Origin: Escherichia coli
GTDB lineage: Bacteria > Pseudomonadota > Gammaproteobacteria > Enterobacterales > Enterobacteriaceae
NCBI RefSeq assembly: GCF_003334385.1
Contig: NZ_QOWN01000001.1
Direction: 5' to 3' (one strand)
Length of the DNA stretch: 64,000 nucleotides
Part shown: positions 1 to 13,760 of the stretch, piece by piece
How the letters are laid out: each line of letters opens with the position of its first letter
How positions within the stretch are numbered: position 1 is the stretch's first letter
Made by a program: the position numbers and the translations under genes
The notes under the pieces: generated by a model
Told to the model about the DNA's origin: nothing
Seen by the model: the letters and a program-made list of their open reading frames with translations, nothing else
The model's database searches: none

Positions 1-125
1 AGAACTGGACACTGTGCCTGCGCAATGTTGTGAAAGTAAATGGTCTGCAAGACGGTTCGCAGGCTGAAAGTGAGCAGGGGCTGGTGGTGAAGCCTCAAGG
101 GAATGCGCTGACAATTACGTTGTAA
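1..125 (+). CDS. yicI: 3' end of a gene entering from upstream (last 40 codons, ...GNALTITL, stop TAA 123-125); probably alpha-xylosidase yicI
   Basis: Open frame from window edge to TAA at 123-125, convergent with yicH; identity assigned from K-12 gene order only. Confidence 0.4.
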   Translation, partial: NWTLCLRNVVKVNGLQDGSQAESEQGLVVKPQGNALTITL

Positions 126-139
126 TCTATTGATGGAAT

Positions 140-166
140 GCCGGGTACGTCTGAGTCGTACCCGGC
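140..166. terminator. Perfect 10-bp inverted repeat (gccgggtacg / cgtacccggc, 7-nt loop) between convergent yicI and yicH; putative bidirectional terminator
   Basis: Inverted repeat read directly from sequence; no strong T-run on either side. Confidence 0.4.
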
Positions 167-177
167 GAGATTGATGT

Positions 178-1887
178 TTACCGCACCGGCTCCGTCGATG
201 TAACTTCACCGCTGGAAACGATGCCAGCATTCATGGTTTGAGTCACTTGCTGCTTTGCGGCGTTCACGGCATGCAATTGCCCGCTAACCGTAGGTTTCAA
301 CGGGACATTGGCCTGAATATCGCCACTGGCGGTAAGCTGAATATTGCCGTCGCCAGTCAACGGTAATTCAGGCCATCCCCACTGTTGCAAAATATTCACC
401 GGCACACCGCGTCCATTCAGGCTGATATGTGTCTGACGTTGTGGCGTTTGTGAAACACTGGCGGTGGCTTCCAGAATGCCTTTTTCAGTAAATGCACTCA
501 GTTCGCTGATATTCACCGTGCTGCTGTTGGCGGTCAGCGCCAGCGACGGGCGACGAACATCAACACGATTGAATGTCGCGGCGGCGGCATTCAGATTCGC
601 CGAGCCACTCCAGACGCCCCATTTATGATCGGTAACCAGCGTCAGGTTGGCACCGTAACCATCGAGCGCGGTGAGCTGCCACGGGAAGTCAGGGTCGATA
701 TCAATGATCAGATTGCGGCTGGCGCTAAATCTCTTCAGTTGCAGGCTGTTTAACCAACCGGGTGTCGTTTCCATCCACAACTGTTGCCAGTTTTTCGGCA
801 AGGTATATTCCAGCCCGGCAATTGCCGCATCATCAAGGATCAACGTTTTCCCGTCACGCAGCCAGTTCCCTGACGTTCTGACCATACCCCCTTCCCAGCG
901 GCTGGTGAACTGGCGCAGCGCTACGCCCTGCGGGGAAAATTCCGTGTTTATAATCGGGTCAAATAAATGCAGCGAACCATAAATGAACTCGCTAGCGTTC
1001 ATCGACAGTTTGCCTTCCTGTGTCTGCCAGTCATCTTTACTGAAGGTCATGTTGCGCAAGCTGAGATCGAGGTCGGTCACCGCCCAGTCCGGACCTTGCA
1101 AACGAGCATCGATCACTTCCAGGCGACCAATCTGCAACGACGGGACAGAGCGTAATGGCGCAAAGAAGTCGGTTAGCGATTTTTCGCTTTGTAGACGTAT
1201 ATCCGCCATGCGCAGGTTTTCCACTTGCCAGCTGCCGTCGGCGTTACGCTGCGCGTTTCCGGTTAATGTCCCGCGGGCGATGTCGGCACCCAGGTTAGTC
1301 AGCGTAACGCGATCGTTATCAATACTGCCTTCAATCAGTACATTGGTGGCAGGAACATCATTGAGCGAAAGCGATCCGGCACTAAACTGAATCTGCGCCT
1401 TCGTACCCAGCACTTTACCGGCTTTTGGTGACCACGGAACTACGCCGCCATTTACCCGCTGCGCGCTCAGTTTCCATTCGCTATTCGGGCTATTAAACGC
1501 CATATCACGCAGTTGCAGACGATCGGCTTTGAACGGTAGCGGCGCGGTCTGGTCGGTGAGATTCAGCGTCCCGTTTTCCAGCAGGATGGTATCGACATGG
1601 CGTGGTTCGGTCAGTTGCCGACTGCTTAGCGCAATGTCGACACTTTTGGCCACCAGGGTCGCGGGCTGGCCATCACGACCAAACGTGACGTTCTCCAGCA
1701 CGATATGAGATGGCGCGGAAAAACGGTGATCCATCGCCCCGAAGGCCAGATGATAGTCGCTATTCTCGGAAACCCATGCGCTGATATGTTCTGCTCCCCA
1801 GCGGGTTTGCAGAAGAAAATAGAGGCCAGCGATCGCCACTAACAGAGCGATGAGAATGTAGAGAAGCAGCTTCCCAATAAATTTCAT
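178..1887 (-). CDS. yicH: AsmA-family outer-membrane assembly protein YicH
   Basis: ORF track 178..1911; start trimmed to the MKFIGKLL Met (569 aa); N-terminal TM helix followed by long beta-rich domain; recognised by sequence and synteny. Confidence 0.85.
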   Translation of the reverse strand: MKFIGKLLLYILIALLVAIAGLYFLLQTRWGAEHISAWVSENSDYHLAFGAMDHRFSAPSHIVLENVTFGRDGQPATLVAKSVDIALSSRQLTEPRHVDTILLENGTLNLTDQTAPLPFKADRLQLRDMAFNSPNSEWKLSAQRVNGGVVPWSPKAGKVLGTKAQIQFSAGSLSLNDVPATNVLIEGSIDNDRVTLTNLGADIARGTLTGNAQRNADGSWQVENLRMADIRLQSEKSLTDFFAPLRSVPSLQIGRLEVIDARLQGPDWAVTDLDLSLRNMTFSKDDWQTQEGKLSMNASEFIYGSLHLFDPIINTEFSPQGVALRQFTSRWEGGMVRTSGNWLRDGKTLILDDAAIAGLEYTLPKNWQQLWMETTPGWLNSLQLKRFSASRNLIIDIDPDFPWQLTALDGYGANLTLVTDHKWGVWSGSANLNAAAATFNRVDVRRPSLALTANSSTVNISELSAFTEKGILEATASVSQTPQRQTHISLNGRGVPVNILQQWGWPELPLTGDGNIQLTASGDIQANVPLKPTVSGQLHAVNAAKQQVTQTMNAGIVSSGEVTSTEPVR

Positions 1888-2007
1888 GGTCTTCCATCCC
1901 GTGAAATGCACATAAGGGAGTTATGCACGATTTACGCGCAATCCTCAAGGCGGGAATGGTTAAAGAGGTGAGACTGCGGCGGTAATTATCTTACCGCCGC
2001 CAGTGAA

Positions 2008-3399
2008 TTACTGTTTTTCTGGTGGGAAAATCAGATTCAGCACGATGGCAGTAATACCGCCCGCGGCGATCCCGGAGGAGAGCAGGTTTTTCAGCCATTC
2101 AGGGGCAAACTGCAAAATCAGCGGCTGCTGAGACACGCCCAGACCAACCGCCAGCGACAGCGCGATAATCAGAATCGCCCGACGGTTCAGCGGCTCACGA
2201 GAAACGATACGCACACCGGAGGCGGCGATGGTGCCAAACATTACAAGCGTTGCGCCGCCCAGAACCGGTTCTGGAATGTGTTGTACAAAACCGCTCACTG
2301 CCGGGAACAGACCCAGCACGATCAACATCAGCGCGACGACAAAACCGACATAGCGGCTGGCAACACCAGTCAACTGGATCACTCCGTTGTTTTGCCCGAA
2401 GCAGGAGTTCGGGAAGGTGTTAAACACCGCCGAAACAAACGAGTTCAGGCCGTTTGCCAGCACGCCGCCTTTCAGGCGTTTCATGTACAGCGGACCGGAC
2501 ACTGGCTGTTCGGAAACGTCAGAGGTCGCCGTGATATCGCCAATGGTTTCCAGCGAAGTGATCATAAAGACCAGCATCAGCGGCAGCAGCAGACTCCATT
2601 CAATGCCAAGACCGTAATAGAGCGGCGTTGGCACCATAATCAGTTCTTGCGTCATAGGTTCGTTGCTTTCTGGCAACATGCCCATAAACCACGCCAGCGC
2701 ATATCCGGCCGCCATCGCAATTACCAGTGAGGCCACGCGTAAGTAAGGGTTACGTTGACGGTTAAGCAGGATAATTAAGGCTAAGACCACGCCTGCCAGC
2801 AGCAGATTTTTCGGTGCGCCGAAGGTGTTATCGCTCATGGCTGCGTAACCGCCGCCAATGGACGTTAACCCAACCTGAATTAGCGACAGGCCGATAATCA
2901 TCACCACAACGCCAGAAACCAGCGGCGTAATAATGCGGCGCGCCAGATGCAGAACGCGGGAGATCACCATCTCGGTGCAACTTGCCAGCATCAACGTGCC
3001 GAACAAAGCCGCCATCATGGTAGGAACATCAGCACCACCGGTTTTCAGCGCGGTACCGCCCATAATCAGCGGGGCAACAAAGTTGAAGCTGGTGCCCTGA
3101 ATAGACAACAGCCCGGAGCCAACCGGACCCCAGGCCTTAATTTGAATAATCGATGCCACACCGGAGGCAAACAGCGACATACTAATAATGTGTTGCGTGT
3201 CTTGTGCCGGTAAACCCAGCGCCTGGCAGATTAATAGCGCTGGCGTGATCACCGCAACGAACATCGCCAGCAGATGCTGACAGGCGGCAAACAGGGTTTG
3301 AGGAAGCGGCGGACGATCTTCAAGACGGTAAATCAGTTCGCTGTTTTGAGTCTGCGCAACCGGTTGCGCATTTTCTGACTCGAGGGTGGAAACAGACAT
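2008..3399 (-). CDS. xanP: Xanthine permease (NCS2 family)
   Basis: ORF track 2008..3408; start at [12 protein letters not shown] (463 aa); polytopic membrane protein with NCS2 motifs. Confidence 0.9.
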
Positions 3400-3678
3400 C
3401 GAAAACAATCCCGTGGTAGCAAAGCGGGCATTTTAGCTGACCGAAAGAGAAAAGCAAACGTTTGCCACATCCTCATCTAAATATTTAAATGAGATAAATG
3501 CACTTTTTTATATAACTTTTGGTATTTTTCTGCTTAAAATCCATGCCATTTGTTCATTAACAGCTGAGAATTTGACCCAGGAAAGCATAACTCGATACCC
3601 GTCATAGTTCATGAAGTTGCCACTGCGCGATGAAGTATGACGAGTATGAAAGAGTGATGCGGATACAAAGGAGTAACT

Positions 3679-4884
3679 ATGTTTCATCTCGATACTTTAG
3701 CAACGCTTGTTGCCGCAACGCTGACGTTGCTGCTCGGGCGTAAGTTGGTCCATTCCGTCTCCTTTTTGAAGAAATACACCATACCGGAACCTGTTGCGGG
3801 TGGTTTGTTGGTGGCGCTGGCGCTACTAGTACTGAAAAAAAGCATGGGCTGGGAAGTCAACTTTGATATGTCCCTGCGCGATCCGTTAATGCTGGCTTTC
3901 TTCGCCACCATTGGCCTGAACGCCAACATTGCCAGTTTGCGTGCCGGTGGGCGTGTGGTTGGCATCTTCTTGATTGTGGTTGTTGGTCTGTTGGTGATGC
4001 AAAATGCCATTGGCATTGGTATGGCTAGCTTGTTAGGGCTTGATCCGCTGATGGGGCTGTTGGCCGGTTCTATTACGCTTTCCGGCGGTCACGGTACGGG
4101 CGCTGCGTGGAGTAAATTGTTCATTGAACGTTATGGCTTCACCAATGCGACGGAAGTGGCGATGGCCTGTGCAACGTTCGGTCTGGTGCTGGGCGGCTTG
4201 ATTGGCGGTCCGGTGGCGCGCTATCTGGTGAAACACTCCACCACGCCGAACGGTATTCCGGATGACCAGGAAGTCCCGACGGCGTTTGAAAAGCCGGATG
4301 TGGGACGCATGATCACCTCGTTGGTGCTGATTGAAACTATCGCGCTGATTGCTATCTGCCTGACGGTGGGGAAAATTGTTGCGCAACTTTTGGCTGGCAC
4401 TGCTTTTGAACTGCCGACCTTCGTCTGTGTACTGTTTGTTGGCGTGATTCTGAGCAACGGTCTGTCAATAATGGGCTTTTACCGCGTCTTTGAGCGTGCG
4501 GTATCCGTGCTGGGTAACGTAAGCTTGTCGTTGTTCCTGGCGATGGCGTTGATGGGGCTGAAACTGTGGGAGCTGGCTTCGCTGGCGCTGCCGATGCTGG
4601 CGATTCTGGTGGTACAGACCATCTTCATGGCGTTGTATGCCATCTTCGTTACCTGGCGCATGATGGGCAAAAACTACGATGCGGCAGTGCTGGCTGCGGG
4701 TCACTGTGGTTTTGGCCTCGGTGCAACGCCAACGGCAATCGCCAACATGCAGGCGATCACTGAACGCTTTGGCCCGTCGCACATGGCGTTTTTGGTGGTG
4801 CCGATGGTCGGTGCGTTCTTTATCGATATCGTCAATGCGCTGGTAATTAAGTTGTATTTGATGTTGCCGATTTTTGCCGGTTAA
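3679..4884 (+). CDS. gltS: Sodium/glutamate symporter
   Basis: 401-aa polytopic membrane protein MFHLDTLATLVAATLTLLLGRKL; matches GltS by recognition. Confidence 0.9.
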   Translation: MFHLDTLATLVAATLTLLLGRKLVHSVSFLKKYTIPEPVAGGLLVALALLVLKKSMGWEVNFDMSLRDPLMLAFFATIGLNANIASLRAGGRVVGIFLIVVVGLLVMQNAIGIGMASLLGLDPLMGLLAGSITLSGGHGTGAAWSKLFIERYGFTNATEVAMACATFGLVLGGLIGGPVARYLVKHSTTPNGIPDDQEVPTAFEKPDVGRMITSLVLIETIALIAICLTVGKIVAQLLAGTAFELPTFVCVLFVGVILSNGLSIMGFYRVFERAVSVLGNVSLSLFLAMALMGLKLWELASLALPMLAILVVQTIFMALYAIFVTWRMMGKNYDAAVLAAGHCGFGLGATPTAIANMQAITERFGPSHMAFLVVPMVGAFFIDIVNALVIKLYLMLPIFAG

Positions 4885-4892
4885 CCGATGAA

Positions 4893-4914
4893 GCGGCGGT
4901 AGAAGTGCCGCCGC
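4893..4914. terminator. GC hairpin (gcggcgg / ccgccgc) downstream of gltS, between convergent gltS and recG
   Basis: Inverted repeat seen in sequence; no T-run, so weak as an intrinsic terminator. Confidence 0.3.
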
Positions 4915-5052
4915 AACAAAGACAAATGCCTGATACGCTTCGCTTATCAAGCCTGCGTATTGATTCATAATTTATTGAATTTGTAGGGTGATGAATCGCA
5001 TCCGGCAGGAAGGTAGGGTAACCTGAAATGGCGGTCTTCTCACTGCCGCCTT

Positions 5053-7134
5053 TTACGCATTCGAGTAACGTTCCGTCTCCGGCATCCAGCGTTCTATCAG
5101 GGCTTTTGCCTGTTGTGGGTAACGTTCGTGAATATGGCGTGCCAGGCGCTGAACTTCCGGGATCATCGCCTGATCGCGCAGTAAATCCGCCACTTTAAAT
5201 TCAGCATTACCCGTCTGACGCGTGCCTAACAATTCGCCAGGGCCGCGAATCTCCAGATCTTTTTGCGCAATCACAAAACCGTCGTTACTGTCGCGCAGCA
5301 CTTGCAGGCGAATTTGCGCCGTTTTAGAAAGCGGCGTTTTGTAGAGCAGCACGCAGTGAGAAGCCACCGCGCCACGACCTACGCGCCCGCGCAGCTGGTG
5401 TAACTGCGCCAGACCCAGACGCTCCGGGTTTTCGATAATCATCAGACTGGCGTTAGGCACATCAACGCCGACTTCAATAACGGTTGTGGCAACCAGCAGG
5501 TGTAGCTCACCTTGTTTAAACGACGCCATCACCGCCTGTTTCTCGGCAGGTTTCATCCGCCCGTGTACCAGGCCAACGTTCAACTCTGGTAGCGCCAGTT
5601 TCAACTCTTCCCAGGTAGCTTCCGCCGCCTGCGCTTCCAGCAATTCCGACTCTTCAATCAACGTACAAACCCAGTATGCCTGACGACCTTCAGTTATGCA
5701 GGCGTGGTGCACGCGGTCAATGATGTCGGTACGGCGGGTATCAGGAATAGCGACCGTAGTCACTGGCGTGCGGCCTGGCGGCAGCTCATCTATCACCGAG
5801 GTATCGAGATCGGCATACGCAGTCATTGCCAGCGTGCGGGGGATCGGCGTGGCGGTCATGATCAACTGATGCGGATGGAAGCCCTGCTGCTGGCCTTTCT
5901 CCCACAATGCCAGACGCTGATGCACGCCAAAACGATGCTGTTCGTCGATAATCACCAGCGCCAGGCCGTTAAACTGCACCTGTTCCTGGAAGATGGCGTG
6001 TGTACCGACAATCATCTGCACCTGACCGCTGGCGATGGCTTCCTGCTGTGCCAGCCGTGCTTTACCTTTCTGCTTACCGGCGAGCCAGCCCACTTCGATA
6101 CCGAGCGGTGCAAACCAGTTGCGGAAGTTATTGGCGTGCTGCTCGGCGAGTAATTCGGTTGGTGCCATCAATGCTACCTGTTTGCCGTGGGCAATCGCAC
6201 GCAACGCGGCGAGGGCGGCGACCAGCGTTTTACCGGAACCTACATCGCCCTGCACCAGACGCATCATCGGCACATCCAGCGCCATATCGCGCTCGATCTC
6301 CGCCACTACGCGTGCCTGTGCGCCCGTTGGCTTGAACGGTAAGGCGGCGAGGAGTTTATTTTTCAGCGTGTCATTGGCGCTCAGCGGCTGGGCATGAAAA
6401 CGCTGTGCTCCGGCACGTAAGGCTAACATGCTGAGGTTGTGCGCCAGCAGTTCTTCCAGAATCAGACGACGTTGCGCCGGATGCTGCCCGGTTTCCAGAT
6501 CGCTAAGCTGTAGCGTCGGTGGCGGGCGGTGCAAAGTGCGCAACGCTTCCGGTAGCGTCATCATTCCTTGTGACAGTTCCGGCGGCAGGAGTTCTTCAAT
6601 GGCGCAGGTGTCGAGCAGATCCAGCGCCTGGTCGGTTAATTTACGCAGCGTGGCCTGCTTTACGCCTTCCGTTGTTGGATAAACCGGCGTGAGCGTTTCC
6701 TGTAATTCTGGCGTGCTGAGATCGCCCTGCACGCGGTATTCCGGGTGGATCATCTCCGCACCATATTTACCGCGCTTTGCTTCGCCATAAGCCAGTACAC
6801 GGCGGCCCGCCGCCAGGCTATTTTTCATTGCCGCGCTGAAATTGAAAAAGCGCATGGTGAGGATGCCGGAACCGTCGCTGATCTGGCAGGTCATCATCCG
6901 CCGACCGCCGAAGGAGATATTGCAGTTCAGCACTTCGCCTTCCACCGTGGCATAAACGCCCGGCAGTAGTTCTCCGATGGGGTAGAGATGGGTGCGATCT
7001 TCGTAGCGCAGGGGAAGGTGTAAGAGTAGATCCTGCACGGTATGCAGGTTGATTTTCGCCAGTTTGTTACTAAGTGCTGCGCCAACGCCCGTTAGGGAAC
7101 TGAGTGGGACAGCATCTAACAGGCGACCTTTCAT
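5053..7134 (-). CDS. recG: ATP-dependent DNA helicase RecG
   Basis: ORF track 5053..7167; start trimmed to MKGRLLDAVPLSSLTG (693 aa); helicase motifs GSGKT and DEQHRFG present. Confidence 0.92.
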   Translation of the reverse strand: MKGRLLDAVPLSSLTGVGAALSNKLAKINLHTVQDLLLHLPLRYEDRTHLYPIGELLPGVYATVEGEVLNCNISFGGRRMMTCQISDGSGILTMRFFNFSAAMKNSLAAGRRVLAYGEAKRGKYGAEMIHPEYRVQGDLSTPELQETLTPVYPTTEGVKQATLRKLTDQALDLLDTCAIEELLPPELSQGMMTLPEALRTLHRPPPTLQLSDLETGQHPAQRRLILEELLAHNLSMLALRAGAQRFHAQPLSANDTLKNKLLAALPFKPTGAQARVVAEIERDMALDVPMMRLVQGDVGSGKTLVAALAALRAIAHGKQVALMAPTELLAEQHANNFRNWFAPLGIEVGWLAGKQKGKARLAQQEAIASGQVQMIVGTHAIFQEQVQFNGLALVIIDEQHRFGVHQRLALWEKGQQQGFHPHQLIMTATPIPRTLAMTAYADLDTSVIDELPPGRTPVTTVAIPDTRRTDIIDRVHHACITEGRQAYWVCTLIEESELLEAQAAEATWEELKLALPELNVGLVHGRMKPAEKQAVMASFKQGELHLLVATTVIEVGVDVPNASLMIIENPERLGLAQLHQLRGRVGRGAVASHCVLLYKTPLSKTAQIRLQVLRDSNDGFVIAQKDLEIRGPGELLGTRQTGNAEFKVADLLRDQAMIPEVQRLARHIHERYPQQAKALIERWMPETERYSNA

Positions 7135-7139
7135 GGCAC

Positions 7140-7829
7140 TTACCCTGCAGCCTGCATAGTAGCCCACCAGTCGGCATCAGCTTCGATCTCGCCTTGCTGA
7201 TTGACGTGGGGATAAGGCAGGCCTTTGCGTTTTGCGACTTTCGCCAGCACCGGATAGCCGCCTTCAAACAACAGGCGTTGTTGCTCTGCTTCCGGCAACA
7301 TGCTGTTTTCACGCAGGTACATGCCTGCATTTTGCCGCTGACGCTGGGCTTCGTAAAGAATGAGGGCTGAGGCAACGGAAACATTCAGCGACTGCACCAT
7401 GCCGATCATCGGAATGATGATGTCCTGATCCGCCAGGGCCAATGCTTCCTGCGTGATGCCCGTTTTCTCCTGTCCCATCAAAATGCAGGTCGGGCGAGTG
7501 TAATCAATTTCGCGGAAATCGACAGCGTTATCAGAAAGATGGGTTGCCAGAATCTGCATGCCCTGGCCTTTGAGATGAGCGACGGCATCGCCAATGGTGC
7601 GGTGTGTTTTCACCTGTACCCAGCTGTTACTACCCGCCGCTGCCGAAGCCATGGTGCGCATGCGGCTACCAGGCCAGACGGCGTGAACTTCATGTACGCC
7701 AACGGCATCTGCGGTACGAATAATCGCAGAAACGTTATGAGGTTTGTGGACCTGCTCCATGCAGACGGTCAGATCAGGCTGCCGCCTGGCGAGCATTTCG
7801 CAGATGCGTGCATAACGTGTTGGGTTCAT
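7140..7829 (-). CDS. trmH: tRNA (Gm18) 2'-O-methyltransferase
   Basis: 229-aa SpoU-family methyltransferase; sits between spoT and recG as in the spo operon. Confidence 0.9.
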   Translation of the reverse strand: MNPTRYARICEMLARRQPDLTVCMEQVHKPHNVSAIIRTADAVGVHEVHAVWPGSRMRTMASAAAGSNSWVQVKTHRTIGDAVAHLKGQGMQILATHLSDNAVDFREIDYTRPTCILMGQEKTGITQEALALADQDIIIPMIGMVQSLNVSVASALILYEAQRQRQNAGMYLRENSMLPEAEQQRLLFEGGYPVLAKVAKRKGLPYPHVNQQGEIEADADWWATMQAAG

Positions 7830-7835
7830 AAAACA

Positions 7836-9944
7836 TTAATTTCGGTTTCGGGTGACTTTAATCACGTCTGGCATCACGCGGATTTTGCGCATGATATTCG
7901 CCAGATGCACACGGTCACGAGCGGTCAGACGAATAAAGGCGCTGTAGACGCGACCATCTTTCTCTTCCGTATTCAAACTTTGAATATTCGAAGTCGTGGT
8001 GTTAATTGCCGCCGTCAGGTTTGCCAGCGCACCCTGATGATTGAACATCTCCACCTTGATTTCGGTGATGAACTCCTGCGCCGTCTCTTTATCCCATTCC
8101 ACAGCCATAAACTTCTCTGGCTCTTTCTGGTAGCCACGGATATTACGGCAGGATTCATGGTGGATCACCAGACCTTTACCGGGGCTGACGTGGGCGATAA
8201 TCGGGTCGCCAGGAATAGGGCGGCAGCATTTCGCAAAGGTGATCAGCACGCCATCGGCACCTTTAATGGGCAGATGTCCGTGGCTTTGGGTTGCCGGTGG
8301 AATGGAGGCGTCCCCATGTTGCAGATTTTTCGCGACCACCACGCTCATTGCGTTACCAAGTCCGATTTCTGCCAGCAGATCGTCAAGCGTTGCCAGCTTC
8401 ATGCGATCCAGCTCGCGCTGAATATTTTCCTGCGGGATTTCATTCAGCTTACGGCTACCACCCAAAGCATGGTTGAGCAGACGACGGCCCAGGCTTACAG
8501 AATCATCACGCTTGAGGTTTTTCAGCAACTGACGAATTTTGGCGCGCGCTTTCGAGCTAACGACAAAGTTCAGCCAAGCGGCATTCGGGCGAGCGCCCGG
8601 AGCGGTAATGATTTCAACGGTTTGACCGCTGGTAAGCGGCTGCGACAGCGGGTAAGGCTGGCGGTCAACGCGTGCGCCCACGCAGGCATGACCGATATCG
8701 GTATGCACTGCATAAGCGAAGTCGACGGGCGTTGCACCGGCAGGCAGCTCGACAATGCGCCCTTCCGGTGTGAAAACGTAAATCTCATCCGGGAAGAGAT
8801 CGGATTTAACGCTCTCGATAAATTCAAACGAACTACCGGCGCTCTGTTGCAGCTCCAGCAGGCTTTGCATCCAGCGCTGGGCGCGGATTTGTGCGGTAGT
8901 ACTGGTTTCGCCGTGCTCTTTATAAGCCCAGTGCGCGGCAACACCCATCTCCGCCATCTGGTCCATATCTTCGGTACGGATCTGGACCTCAACCGGCACA
9001 CCGTGCGGGCCGATCATCGAGGTGTGCAAAGACTGATAGCCGTTCGCTTTTGGAATGGCGATATAGTCTTTCACGCGGCCCGGACGCGGCTTGTACAGGC
9101 TGTGCATCTGGCCCAGCACGCGATAACAGGTGTCAGAATCATTGACGATCACGCGGAAAGCGTAGATGTCCATGATCGAGTGAAAACGCTGCTCTTTGAG
9201 CACCATTTTGCAGTAAATCGAATAAAGATGCTTCTCGCGACCACTGACGCGGCACGGTATTCCCGCTTCCTGCAAACGCCCTTCGATTTCAGAAAGAATC
9301 TTCTGGATCATCTCTTTACGGTTGCCGCGCGCGGCTTTCACCACTTCTTTGATTACGCGATAACGGTTGGGATACAGCGCCTCAAAACCCAGCTCTTCGA
9401 GTTCGGTTTTAATGTGGTGGATACCTAAACGGTGCGCCAGCGGGCTATAAATTTCGAGAGTTTCACGGGCGATGCGGCGACGTTTGTCCGGGCGAAGTGA
9501 GCCCAGCGTGCGCATGTTGTGGGTACGGTCGGCAAGTTTGATGAGGATGACGCGGATATCCTGCACCATCGCCATAATCATCTTGCGAAAGTTTTCGGCC
9601 TGCGCCTCTTTCTTATCGCGGAACTTGAGTTTATCAAGTTTCGACACCCCCTCTACCAGCTCGGCGACGCTTTTACCAAAAAGCTGTTCCATATCCTGGT
9701 AGGTGGCGGGAGTATCTTCAATCACGTCATGCAGCAGCGCCGCCATCAGCGTTTCATAGTCGAGTTTCATCTCGGCCAGAATGCAGGCAACCGCTACCGG
9801 GTGCGTGATATAGGGTTCACCGCTTGAACGTGTTTGCCCCTCGTGAGCATCACGTGCAACGAGATACGCCTGCCGCAGACGCTTGATTTGGTCTTCCGGC
9901 AGGTAGGTTTGAATCAGTTGATTCAGGCTTTCAAACAGATACAA
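7836..9944 (-). CDS. spoT: Bifunctional (p)ppGpp synthetase II / hydrolase SpoT
   Basis: 702 aa, MYLFESLNQLIQTYLPEDQIKRL; start codon is TTG (plus-strand caa at 9942-9944). Confidence 0.93.
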   Translation of the reverse strand: MYLFESLNQLIQTYLPEDQIKRLRQAYLVARDAHEGQTRSSGEPYITHPVAVACILAEMKLDYETLMAALLHDVIEDTPATYQDMEQLFGKSVAELVEGVSKLDKLKFRDKKEAQAENFRKMIMAMVQDIRVILIKLADRTHNMRTLGSLRPDKRRRIARETLEIYSPLAHRLGIHHIKTELEELGFEALYPNRYRVIKEVVKAARGNRKEMIQKILSEIEGRLQEAGIPCRVSGREKHLYSIYCKMVLKEQRFHSIMDIYAFRVIVNDSDTCYRVLGQMHSLYKPRPGRVKDYIAIPKANGYQSLHTSMIGPHGVPVEVQIRTEDMDQMAEMGVAAHWAYKEHGETSTTAQIRAQRWMQSLLELQQSAGSSFEFIESVKSDLFPDEIYVFTPEGRIVELPAGATPVDFAYAVHTDIGHACVGARVDRQPYPLSQPLTSGQTVEIITAPGARPNAAWLNFVVSSKARAKIRQLLKNLKRDDSVSLGRRLLNHALGGSRKLNEIPQENIQRELDRMKLATLDDLLAEIGLGNAMSVVVAKNLQHGDASIPPATQSHGHLPIKGADGVLITFAKCCRPIPGDPIIAHVSPGKGLVIHHESCRNIRGYQKEPEKFMAVEWDKETAQEFITEIKVEMFNHQGALANLTAAINTTTSNIQSLNTEEKDGRVYSAFIRLTARDRVHLANIMRKIRVMPDVIKVTRNRN

Positions 9945-9962
9945 GGGCGACCCGCTTTGTGA

Positions 9963-10238
9963 TTAACGACGACCTTCAGCAATAGCGGTAACGGCTTGTA
10001 ATTCAGCGGCTTCCTGCTCTTGCTGTTCCTGGCGTTCGCGAACGTCGAGGATCTGGTTGTTGATCAGACCTTCTTCGATTTCGCGCAGCGCGATTACAGT
10101 GGTTTTATCGTTTTCTTCCGGTACCAGCGGATCCTTTCCGCCTACCTGCATCTGACGAGCGCGACGCGCGGCGACCAGTACCAGGTCAAAACGGTTACCA
10201 ATTTTCTCTACAGCGTCCTGAACAGTTACGCGTGCCAT
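9963..10238 (-). CDS. rpoZ: RNA polymerase omega subunit
   Basis: 91 aa, [29 protein letters not shown]. Confidence 0.93.
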
Positions 10239-10292
10239 ACTTAAAAAGCTCCACAGGTGAAGAAATGACTGGGCATGATACTGAAATCAGGT

Positions 10293-13470
<3,178 letters not shown>

Positions 13471-13760
13471 GGTTCTCTCCCTAAAAATCTGTCTGGCAGG
13501 GTAGCGATTTGTGCGCATTGTCACGATTGAGATTTTTTAAGGGGAGGGGAAATTGATAACTTGTAGTTATGTGAAATCGCTATTTTCTGTAGCAGAGATG
13601 CATTCTTCTGACTTCTTGTCTGAGAAAATGCATAAGAAAAAATAGGTTAAAACTGAGGGGGGAAAAGAAAGGTGCAATATTTAGCCATTGTGTTCACTGC
13701 ACCTGGACCTTGGCTTACGCATCGGGTGTCTCAATCAACAAAAAGAGTTTTTAGTTTCTG

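Noticed and set aside
2278-3213. Plus-strand ORFs of 76-150 aa inside xanP
   Set aside because: Antisense to a clear NCS2 permease gene; no support beyond being stop-free.
5053-7167. N-terminally extended ORF-track starts for recG and, similarly, for gmk (10973), coaBC (19687), coaD (22689), gpmM (47308), mtlD (58241), lldR (53308), lldP (54975)
   Set aside because: The extensions run into upstream genes or repeat elements and lack conserved N-terminal sequence; internal Met codons matching the conserved protein N-termini were used instead.
7539-9428. 629-aa plus-strand ORF lying antisense across trmH and spoT
   Set aside because: It is entirely inside well-supported genes on the opposite strand. 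GC-rich E. coli coding sequence commonly leaves long stop-free antisense frames, and the translation is low-complexity and Arg/His-rich with no recognisable domain.
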